A DNA stretch of 64,000 nt from positions 64,001-128,000 of IMG/VR virus record IMGVR_UViG_3300013121_000013. One strand, written 5' to 3'. The notes below the pieces were generated by a model, which did not search any database, was not told the origin of the DNA, and saw only the letters and a list, made by a program, of their open reading frames with translations. Each line of letters opens with the position of its first letter. Positions within the stretch are counted from its first letter, which is position 1. The position numbers were made by a program, and so were the translations under genes. Below are positions 56,796-64,000 of the stretch, piece by piece. Source of the stretch: a virus (lineage: Duplodnaviria; Caudoviricetes).

Positions 56796-57107
56796 ATGTC
56801 TGTCGTGTGTCCAGACGTAGACACTTCTTCTGAGATTAAGCTTCTACCGCCCTATGCAGTAGTGATACTGAACGATGATCATCATTCGTTTGAATTCGTT
56901 GTAGGAGTTCTTATGAAAGTTATAAAGTGTAAAGTGGAAGACGCAGTAAATTTCGCTAAAACAGCACATGAACAAGGAAGGGCTATTGTTTGGACCGGAT
57001 CAAAAGAAGTTGCCGAGCTCAAAAAAGAGCAAATTCTTACCTTCCACGAACAGAGAGCTGATATTGGAGATATTGGTCCTTTGGGTGTTGACTTGGAACC
57101 AGTTTGA
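56796..57107 (+). CDS. clpS: ClpS N-degron adaptor
   Basis: PPYAVVILNDDHHSFEFVV.VL, AHEQGRAIV..G..EVAE. Confidence 0.9.
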   Translation: MSVVCPDVDTSSEIKLLPPYAVVILNDDHHSFEFVVGVLMKVIKCKVEDAVNFAKTAHEQGRAIVWTGSKEVAELKKEQILTFHEQRADIGDIGPLGVDLEPV

Positions 57108-57153
57108 TATTATGATTCTAACCTGCTATATGAACCTATTATGGCAGGTTATT

Positions 57154-57225
57154 GCCGGTATGGTGTAGTTGGTAACGCGCCTGTTTTGTACACAGGAGTC
57201 AGGGGTTCGATTCCTCTTACCGGCT
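57154..57225 (+). tRNA. tRNA-Thr(UGU)
   Basis: GCCGGTA/TACCGGC acceptor, CCTGT-TTTGTAC-ACAGG anticodon arm, GGTTCGATT T-loop. Confidence 0.85.
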
Positions 57226-57228
57226 TTT

Positions 57229-57300
57229 GCGGCTAAGGTGTTTTTGGAGGCACGCTACTTTGCCATAGTAGAAGACTCGGTTCAAGTCCGTGTAGCCGCA
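57229..57300 (+). tRNA. tRNA-Gly(GCC)
   Basis: GCGGCTA/TAGCCGC acceptor, CTACT-TTGCCAT-AGTAG anticodon arm, GGTTCAAGT T-loop; A at position 8. Confidence 0.75.
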
Positions 57301-57307
57301 TATGCAC

Positions 57308-57381
57308 TCCCGAGTAGCTCAATCAGGTAGAGCAGAAAGCTGTTAACTTTAAGGTCGCAGGTTCGAGTCCTGCCTCGGGAG
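57308..57381 (+). tRNA. tRNA-Asn(GUU)
   Basis: TCCCGAG/CTCGGGA acceptor, CTGTTAA loop, GCAGG-TTCGAGT-CCTGC T arm. Confidence 0.9.
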
Positions 57382-57426
57382 CTTATACAATTTACTATAA
57401 CCTGATTGTTTAATAGGTAATAGTTA

Positions 57427-57876
57427 ATGCAGACATTTCTTCCACTTCCAGACTATACACAAAGCGCTAAAGTATTAGATACAAAACGACTAGGAAAGCA
57501 AAGAGTCGAATGTAAACAACTTCTTAATACGATACTAGGATTGACAGCCACTAAAGGCTGGAAGTACCATCCAGCTACTAGAATGTGGAAGCATCACCCA
57601 CAGGCTTTAGTGGAGTATTCAATTTGTATCTGTAAGGAGTGGATAGGAAGAGGGTACAGAGATTCGCTCCTTCCCTTTTTTCAAGGATTAAGATCTACTG
57701 GTCCGACAGATGTTCCTTGCTGGTTTGGAAATAGGTTTTTCCATGAATCGCATCAAAGTAATTTATTGAGAAAACTCTCATCTTACTATATTACATTCAA
57801 CTGGAACGTTCCTAATAACTTGCCATATTTCTGGCCAACCTGTCGTTGCGGAGAAATTAATGAAGCATCAAGTTAA
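57427..57876 (+). CDS. Pyrimidine dimer DNA glycosylase-like protein (MSMEG_6728/DenV-related)
   Basis: MQTFLP...LD.KRLGKQRVE, HPATRMW, SHQSNLLRK, LPYFWP. Confidence 0.8.
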   Translation: MQTFLPLPDYTQSAKVLDTKRLGKQRVECKQLLNTILGLTATKGWKYHPATRMWKHHPQALVEYSICICKEWIGRGYRDSLLPFFQGLRSTGPTDVPCWFGNRFFHESHQSNLLRKLSSYYITFNWNVPNNLPYFWPTCRCGEINEASS

Positions 57877-58315
57877 ATACGTACCTAAAGAATGGGGCTA
57901 TGAGAAATGGATCGAGAATAATGAAAAATATTGTGGAAAGATTCTTAGGATATACAAACAATATAAGACATCTTTCCATGTACACAACATTAAGTCAGAA
58001 ACGTTTTATTTACAGGAAGGGCTGGTTTTTGTAAGGGTTAAAGAACCAATAAATCTTGATAAGTTCGCTCATAAAATAAAGTTAGTTTTACTTAAACCAG
58101 GAGATTGTTTGCATATCCCAGTAGGTACAAGTCACTCTATTATTGCGCTTGAAGACTCAAGTATTTTTGAAGTTTCAACACAACATGTAGAAAGCGACAG
58201 CATTCGGTTCGATTATAGTAGGAAACTAGCTGATAGTGAATTCGAAAGGTATAAAGATATTTTAGGCAAGTTGTATGAGTCTGGGGTTTATGAAGAGACG
58301 ATCGAGGTTCTCTAA
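57860..58315 (+). CDS. Cupin-fold protein (sugar isomerase-like)
   Basis: VPKEWGYE.WI.N..YCGKIL, SFHVH..K.ETF, H...ALEDS.IFEVST. Confidence 0.75.
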   Translation: MKHQVKYVPKEWGYEKWIENNEKYCGKILRIYKQYKTSFHVHNIKSETFYLQEGLVFVRVKEPINLDKFAHKIKLVLLKPGDCLHIPVGTSHSIIALEDSSIFEVSTQHVESDSIRFDYSRKLADSEFERYKDILGKLYESGVYEETIEVL

Positions 58316-58372
58316 GGATGAGAGGTATATCTGCAAAATATACATTACTGGGTTCGAATCCCAGCTCGATCT
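58300..58372 (+). tRNA. tRNA-Cys(GCA), overlapping the cupin stop codon
   Basis: GATCGAG/CTCGATC acceptor, TATAT-CTGCAAA-ATATA anticodon arm, CTGGG-TTCGAAT-CCCAG T arm. Confidence 0.8.
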
Positions 58373-58374
58373 TA

Positions 58375-58522
58375 TAGTGCCAAGCGAAAAATTTAAAGCG
58401 GGATCAAAAGTTGACTAGTGGACTTTGATCTACGTAATAGAGGTGATTCTTGCCGGCCACTTACGAAAGATAGCCCAGCTATTATCTCATCACCACCGAA
58501 GAGATTTAGCGTTCTGGCACTA
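58375..58522 (+). ncRNA. Candidate multi-stem ncRNA of unknown class
   Basis: closing stem TAGTGCCA/TGGCACTA, internal GATCAAA/TTTGATC and GGTGA/TCACC stems; lies between tRNA-Cys and a terminator. Confidence 0.5.
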
Positions 58523-58523
58523 A

Positions 58524-58541
58524 TTGATAGATGTCTATCAA
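58524..58541. promoter_or_regulatory. 18-bp palindrome TTGATAGATGTCTATCAA
   Basis: matches consensus TTGATAGAYRTCTATCAA. Confidence 0.6.
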
Positions 58542-58545
58542 ATTT

Positions 58546-58580
58546 TCAAGGCTGAGAGATCAATCTCTCAGCCTTGAGTT
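58546..58580 (+). terminator. Strong hairpin, terminator-like
   Basis: TCAAGGCTGAGAGAT / ATCTCTCAGCCTTGA inverted repeat. Confidence 0.6.
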
Positions 58581-58598
58581 ACTAAAGAGGTTGAAGAT

Positions 58599-60107
58599 AT
58601 GAAGAATGCTGTATTTACTATTTTCGGAAACTTGGTTGGTTTAGCCATTGATGGAGAGCCATCTATACCAAAAAATATAAAATCTTTAATAGAACCTCAA
58701 TTAACCTATACATTTCAAAAGAGATTGTTTGGAGTTGATAGGTTCGACCCTAATACAGGCCATAAAAGAGATTTCTTATTTCAAGAAAGAAAACTGTATA
58801 AATACGACGCTTCTAACAGGATGTGTTTTTGTATAGGTTTTATAGAGAGAGTTTCTGATATAGTCAAAAAAGCTGGATACACGGTCAAATATGTGGACAT
58901 TAGCCCAAAGCTTCCTCGTAAAAATTGCTATAAGCCAGTCTGGGATAATATCGCAGATATGAGCTTTAAAGCTAAACAAGATGTAGCAGTAGCTTCAGTA
59001 GCGGCTCATCATAGAGGCGTTATAGTAGCGCCGCCAGCATTTGGTAAGAGCTTTATGTTATTGTTTATTTGTAAGCTGTTTCCTCATGCTAAAATAGATA
59101 TTATAACGAAAAGAAAAGACATAGTATTAAAGACCGTAAGATTTTTAACAAAATACATTCCTAGCATAGGCCAAGTAGGTGGAGGCAAAAATAGTTACTC
59201 TAGAGTAACAGTATTCACTGCAGATAGTTTACATAAAAGTAAGTTTGACGCAGATATTATTTTAGTTGACGAAGCACATGAGTTAATGGCCGATTCTTAT
59301 GCATCTCAATTGTCGAAATATAGGCATGCAAGAGCCTATGCATTCACAGCCACTCCAAAAGGGCGAAAAGACGGGACAGACGCTAGATTAGAGTCCATAT
59401 TCGGTAAGACAATCTTCTATATGTCATACCAGGAAGCAGAGGCTCTAGGAGTTGTAACACCTATATTTATAGATTGGCTAGATATTCAGATATCCCCAAA
59501 CCCATGCGCTGGTAAAAGTGATGTGCCGAAGCGACGATGGGGTCTATGGAGGAATAATGTTAGAAACTCAATAATTGCTAGCCATCTCACTAAAAACTAT
59601 AAAGAAGAGCAGGTTTTAGTTTTGGTAGATACTATAGAGCATGCTCTATATTTACGTAAGTACTTACCAGATTACTCTTTATGTTATGCAGAGAACGGAA
59701 TAACAGATGAAGAGCATGAGTTTTATGTAAAACAAAAACTCATGGACAAGGATGAAGTAATAATAGATGCAGATATTAGAGAACAACTCAGACAGGATTT
59801 TGAGTCCGGTAAACTCAAAAAGGTTATAGCCACAGGTGTTTGGAGCACAGGCGTAGATTTCGTTAACTTGCAAGTTTTAGTACGTGCTGATGGTTCTGAC
59901 GGAGAGATAATAGATTTCCAGGCCCCTGGAAGAGTATGCAGAATATCGAGCACTAAGCAATATGGAATTGTAGTAGATTGTAGAGATCAGTTTGACCCTG
60001 GTTTGCATAGAAAAGCTAAGAAGAGAGAAAAGAACTATAAAGCTAAGGGTTGGAAAAACATCTCTCCAAAAATGCTAAAAGAAAAATCAGGTGAGCAAGA
60101 AAAATGA
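58599..60107 (+). CDS. Superfamily 2 DEAH-box helicase (UvsW-like)
   Basis: APPAFGKS, LVDEAH, TATP, TGVD, QAPGRVCR. Confidence 0.88.
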   Translation: MKNAVFTIFGNLVGLAIDGEPSIPKNIKSLIEPQLTYTFQKRLFGVDRFDPNTGHKRDFLFQERKLYKYDASNRMCFCIGFIERVSDIVKKAGYTVKYVDISPKLPRKNCYKPVWDNIADMSFKAKQDVAVASVAAHHRGVIVAPPAFGKSFMLLFICKLFPHAKIDIITKRKDIVLKTVRFLTKYIPSIGQVGGGKNSYSRVTVFTADSLHKSKFDADIILVDEAHELMADSYASQLSKYRHARAYAFTATPKGRKDGTDARLESIFGKTIFYMSYQEAEALGVVTPIFIDWLDIQISPNPCAGKSDVPKRRWGLWRNNVRNSIIASHLTKNYKEEQVLVLVDTIEHALYLRKYLPDYSLCYAENGITDEEHEFYVKQKLMDKDEVIIDADIREQLRQDFESGKLKKVIATGVWSTGVDFVNLQVLVRADGSDGEIIDFQAPGRVCRISSTKQYGIVVDCRDQFDPGLHRKAKKREKNYKAKGWKNISPKMLKEKSGEQEK

Positions 60108-60853
60108 ATAAACCAACTCCTGAAGATCTGAAGTTGGCTACATATTTAGTAAGACTTACCGCCATTAAGATTAGAGAATTGTGGAAACTGGCCTACAGAA
60201 GATGGCAGGCCTCCAACGGAAGGCCACCGAGCTATAGACATAGCGTTAGATGGGACGGAGGAATAGATCCTCATAGTAAGAAACAATATTCTTGTATATG
60301 GCTTAAGATTGCTACGTATCTTCTAGAAAGACGACTAGTTGAACTAGAGCCTTTCGTGAATGCGCAGCTATACGATAGCCATATAGGCATTAGACCAACA
60401 CCAAGTCTAATGTTAGGCCAGCAAGGATTTGCTAGATTTATTAAATCTAATAGATTGATTAAAGAGTCCATTCAAGTCGGACTGGAACGACAAAGAATGA
60501 CTGCTAGAATGGCCATATCAAACGCCATCAATCTATACCCAGACGATATAAAGTCTGCTTATAGTTATGTTATTCTAGATTCATCGATAGAACTAACCCC
60601 TTTATTCCGTTATTGCCTTTCTATAGAAATGGGGCTTGAGAACTGCGCTAAGTTTTGGCAGAAAGCAGCTCTAGTTCAATACTTTCTTAATCCTAGTATC
60701 TATAATCTACATTTAAAGGACTATATTCCTAAAGATTTAAAATATAAGTCTGACACTATTCATATCAACATCCAAATCATAGACAAGAAGGGGCTAGAGA
60801 ATGAACTTAAACGGCAATTCGAAAAAGAAAGGGCAGCAGAAGCCTTTACGTGA
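60104..60853 (+). CDS. Hypothetical protein in the replication operon
   Basis: 249 aa between two helicases. Confidence 0.5.
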   Translation: MNKPTPEDLKLATYLVRLTAIKIRELWKLAYRRWQASNGRPPSYRHSVRWDGGIDPHSKKQYSCIWLKIATYLLERRLVELEPFVNAQLYDSHIGIRPTPSLMLGQQGFARFIKSNRLIKESIQVGLERQRMTARMAISNAINLYPDDIKSAYSYVILDSSIELTPLFRYCLSIEMGLENCAKFWQKAALVQYFLNPSIYNLHLKDYIPKDLKYKSDTIHINIQIIDKKGLENELKRQFEKERAAEAFT

Positions 60854-62507
60854 ACCTATGGATACTCCATCTAAAGACTCTATGGTTCTTCATTTGGTTA
60901 GAGTACCGAAGATATATCGATTGGCAAAAGACAAACTTAAGCCAGAGATGTTCCCAAAAGAAGACATTGTATATGCAGTGGTATGGAGGGCTCTGTTAAA
61001 TATTGTATCTAAGTCCGAGACTGGAGATTTACCAGACAAAGGTTTTAGAAGAAAGCTTGAATCAGAGATAGTATCGATTCTAAATTCAGATCCAGATCTA
61101 GACCAATCTGTCTATACAGAACTTCTAGGAGACGACAGCAATTCAGAAACTGGTCTTATAGATTGGATATTTAAAGTAGAAGATAGCGATTTAGACGAGT
61201 TTGAAGGTACGACTCTTTTAAAGAAATATCTGCATGATCAAACTGTAGTTAGACCTCTTAAAGATTATGTCTTCAATCTAGGTAATCAAATACCAGAAGA
61301 CATATCAGAATTGTTACGAGGAATTGAGGCCCAGAAACAAAAAGTAGAGTCTATAGGCGACATAAAGGCAGCCCCAGCTATCACAGAGCTTTATGAGCCA
61401 ATAGATGTCCCAAAGTTTACGACTAATGTGTCGTTTTTAGACGAATACATGAGCGGAGGCCAGGCTGATGGAGAGGTATATGTTTTATTAGGTCCATCTG
61501 GTGTAGGTAAAACAACTCTAGGGGTTCAGATTTGTTGTTCGGGAGCTAGATACGGGCAACAGCTATACAGATCATCAAAGAACGAGAAGGATCTTAGGCA
61601 TTGGTATTTCTTCTCATATGAGCAGCCAATCAAGCCCGATATCTACCACAGAGTGTGGTCGCATATGGCACAAATACATGTGGATACATTTAGAAATAAT
61701 GAAAAATTAAGTACTTCTAGTGATCTTAAGCCGTATGAGATAGAGAAGTTTAAAAATCAGCTAGCTCAGAATTTAAAAGTGCCAGGTGAACAAGAGAGAT
61801 TTAACGCAATATCCAAAGAATTGAATCCATTGAACTTATGGCTGTTCGACATGTCGGGATTTGATGACCCCACTGCTGGACGAGGTGGTGTTGACGAGAT
61901 GGTAAGGGTCATAGACGACGAATATAGGTCTGGAAAGAATATTGGAGGAATGGTCATAGACTACGCAGGTCTGGTTGCAGATAGATACATCGCTCATAAC
62001 AGTTTAAGATATGACGATCTAAGACATATTTTGAGAGGATTCGTTGATAAAATACGCACTCTTATAGCGTCTAAGTATTCGTGCCCTGTCTGGGTTCTAC
62101 ATCAGTTGGCTGGCGCTGCTAATAAGAAAAGCCCGATGGCTAAACAGCACCATGCGGATGCTGCAGAATGTAAAACATTTGGCGATAATGCAGTATTTGC
62201 TTTCAGTTTAGGCACAAAAGACGACAAGAATATGTGTAGAATAACTTGTTCCAAGTCTAGACGATCTGCTGGAACAACTCTTGAAAAGATCATCTTTATC
62301 GATGGCGCGTACTGCACTATGAGAGGTATGGACGGACAGTTTGTGTTCGACTCTACAGCAAATAGAATTATTTCTATAAACGAACAGCAGCAATTCGTTA
62401 GCCCAAAAGCTAGGAAAAAGCCAGCACCAGATCAATCAGCAGTTTTAGGTATGGATAAAGCCTTATGGCCTACTGCTAGAAATATAGAACTTGGAGATGA
62501 TAACTAA
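60801..62507 (+). CDS. DnaB-like replicative helicase
   Basis: GPSGVGKT, FSYEQ, VIDY, VLHQL, KSR motifs; precedes the primase. Confidence 0.85.
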   Translation: MNLNGNSKKKGQQKPLREPMDTPSKDSMVLHLVRVPKIYRLAKDKLKPEMFPKEDIVYAVVWRALLNIVSKSETGDLPDKGFRRKLESEIVSILNSDPDLDQSVYTELLGDDSNSETGLIDWIFKVEDSDLDEFEGTTLLKKYLHDQTVVRPLKDYVFNLGNQIPEDISELLRGIEAQKQKVESIGDIKAAPAITELYEPIDVPKFTTNVSFLDEYMSGGQADGEVYVLLGPSGVGKTTLGVQICCSGARYGQQLYRSSKNEKDLRHWYFFSYEQPIKPDIYHRVWSHMAQIHVDTFRNNEKLSTSSDLKPYEIEKFKNQLAQNLKVPGEQERFNAISKELNPLNLWLFDMSGFDDPTAGRGGVDEMVRVIDDEYRSGKNIGGMVIDYAGLVADRYIAHNSLRYDDLRHILRGFVDKIRTLIASKYSCPVWVLHQLAGAANKKSPMAKQHHADAAECKTFGDNAVFAFSLGTKDDKNMCRITCSKSRRSAGTTLEKIIFIDGAYCTMRGMDGQFVFDSTANRIISINEQQQFVSPKARKKPAPDQSAVLGMDKALWPTARNIELGDDN

Positions 62508-63547
62508 TGATTAACTCAGCACTTTATATGACTTTGAATAGAAGATTCGGAGAAGTTAGAATAGCTAACGAAGACGAATCAATGTCAGCTAGCTATGGTT
62601 ATGATGCTATAACAGGCAGACCTAAATTTAGTATAGGTCATATGGGTGAAAGTTATAGAGTTTGCTGTCCGTTTTGTGGCGATCAAAGATTTAGACTGTG
62701 GATTAATCATAGATGGGCTACTAGAGAGCCTGGCACTATGAATAGATACATGTCTTTAGCCAAATGTTTTAATGAAGACTGTATAGCCAAGAGAGGATGG
62801 AGACAGCTAGAAAACTATATCTTTAATAGGTCCAACGTTTGTATCGATCTAGACGTACCTATTAGAAGAGGCATATCTAAACTGGAAGAGGTATCAATGC
62901 CAGGAGAAGTTCGTTTGCTGTCGGACTTACCTGCCAGCCACCATGCTGTTAAATACCTATGTCAGCGAGGATACGATATTCAGGAGCTATCGTCTATATT
63001 TAAGATTTGTTATTGTTCTGATACCTCAAATAAAGAATATAATTTGGCGTCTAACAGAATTATAATTCCTGTTTATATGAAATCAGTTCTTGTCGGTTGG
63101 CAAGCCAGATATATAGGAGACAGGGACTGGCATGATAAAGAATTTCGAGTCTTAAAATACTTTTCTATACCACACTTTAGAAAAAGCCTAGTTTTATACA
63201 ATTACGATGAGGCTATCAAAGACGATGGATTTGTTGTAGTTTGTGAAGGTCCAAGTGATTCTTGGAGAATAGGCCCATCTTCTGTAGCTTTATTTGGTAA
63301 ATCTATCAGCGTTGAACAAGTAAGCTTGATAGCCAATACCTGGCAAAATGGATATGTCGCAGTAATGCTTGACAGAGATGCGATACAAGATTCTTTCAAA
63401 GTGGCACTTAAACTTAGAGAAAAAATAAAGAATGTATTTGTGATCAGCCCTCCTAAAGGATTTGACGACCCAGGAGACGCGCCTAGATCAGTTCTTTGGG
63501 ATCATATAAGTAAAGAGGTTAAGAATGAAATTATTTCAAGGGTATGA
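62507..63547 (+). CDS. DNA primase (Zn finger + Toprim)
   Basis: CPFCGD...CFN..C, RIIIPV...GWQAR, VCEGPSD, MLDRDA, DPGD. Confidence 0.88.
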   Translation: MINSALYMTLNRRFGEVRIANEDESMSASYGYDAITGRPKFSIGHMGESYRVCCPFCGDQRFRLWINHRWATREPGTMNRYMSLAKCFNEDCIAKRGWRQLENYIFNRSNVCIDLDVPIRRGISKLEEVSMPGEVRLLSDLPASHHAVKYLCQRGYDIQELSSIFKICYCSDTSNKEYNLASNRIIIPVYMKSVLVGWQARYIGDRDWHDKEFRVLKYFSIPHFRKSLVLYNYDEAIKDDGFVVVCEGPSDSWRIGPSSVALFGKSISVEQVSLIANTWQNGYVAVMLDRDAIQDSFKVALKLREKIKNVFVISPPKGFDDPGDAPRSVLWDHISKEVKNEIISRV

Positions 63548-64000
63548 TGAGCCTTTAGCCAGATATGTGCCGGCTTGGCCCATAGACGCTCCTGGAATGC
63601 CTTTGCCAGGTAAAGATTTCGTGACTTATGCGGAACTCCTTGAACCAGACATTAAGACGTTTATAAAAGGGGCTGGAAATAAGGCCAAGCTTAAAAGCTT
63701 TCCATCCGTTTTACAAGAGCTTTACGATAGGGCTGTATATGAATATAGATTTAGTATAGATGTTAACAACAGAGGCGTTACCTACAACGCTGAGTTTTTA
63801 CCTGGACACGTATGGGGAGATGGACAAGACCAGACAGAATTATCGGAAGATATAGACATTGGCTCTATATCCAGTAAATTTCTTCCTAATATTAACTACG
63901 GACCACCTATTGAAGGTTGCGACGTTATGGTTATCGGTAAGATGCCTGGATCTGAAGAAATATCTATTGGAAGAAACTTTACTGGTGATTCTGGCGCGCT
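63525..64000 (+). CDS. Partial ORF with family-4 uracil-DNA glycosylase-like domain (possibly the N-terminus of a DNA polymerase)
   Basis: open from ATG 63525 to the window end; DVMVIGKMPGSEE..IGRNFTGDSG resembles UDG4 GEAPG..E..G.PF.G.SG. Confidence 0.65.
   Translation, partial: MKLFQGYDEPLARYVPAWPIDAPGMPLPGKDFVTYAELLEPDIKTFIKGAGNKAKLKSFPSVLQELYDRAVYEYRFSIDVNNRGVTYNAEFLPGHVWGDGQDQTELSEDIDIGSISSKFLPNINYGPPIEGCDVMVIGKMPGSEEISIGRNFTGDSGA

Noticed and set aside
58457-58495. TIGR array from three CCA motifs at 18-nt spacing
   Set aside because: Only three units, no conserved repeat sequence between them; could be chance
31371-62507. Inteins or introns in terminase, NrdJ or DnaB
   Set aside because: Catalytic motifs are contiguous and lengths normal; no splice-junction motifs or homing endonuclease seen
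80-63399. Many short antisense ORFs in the ORF track (e.g. 80..577, 3705..4379, 34111..34758)
   Set aside because: They lie fully opposite well-supported genes, with no RBS or recognisable motifs
1-64000. Alternative genetic code (stop codon reassignment)
   Set aside because: Core genes are full length in the standard code, and TAA, TAG and TGA all end genes at tight junctions

Overview
This AT-rich, densely coding 64 kb window is part of a large contractile-tailed (myovirus-like) phage genome. Several host-like genes point to a Planctomycetota host, which is an inference. 1-22.8 kb is a tail/baseplate module: a tail chaperone pair with a -1 slippery site, tape measure, hub, gp25-like and baseplate J proteins, a collagen fibre and a GT9 heptosyltransferase. 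It is interrupted by a sigma-70 family factor and by a cassette of exported proteins that includes two CxxCH c-type cytochromes. 23-34 kb holds a Ycf46-type AAA ATPase module, RimI, a K-x-A-rich protein, a degenerate primase and the terminase large subunit. 34-64 kb holds nucleotide, repair and replication genes (NrdJ, Dcd, ThyX, HldE, Mre11/Rad50, glycosylases, ClpS, SF2 and DnaB helicases, primase, a partial UDG-domain ORF) and four tRNAs. The best candidates for new biology are: an eight-member paralogue family sharing a C-H-H-C domain with unrelated C-termini; the heme-c cassette; an HldE + GT9 heptosylation system; an apparently catalytically dead IS110/Nop-like protein; two structured non-coding segments; five copies of an 18-bp palindrome; and a hairpin-rich candidate origin. 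All functional calls come from motif recognition by eye; no database search was run.
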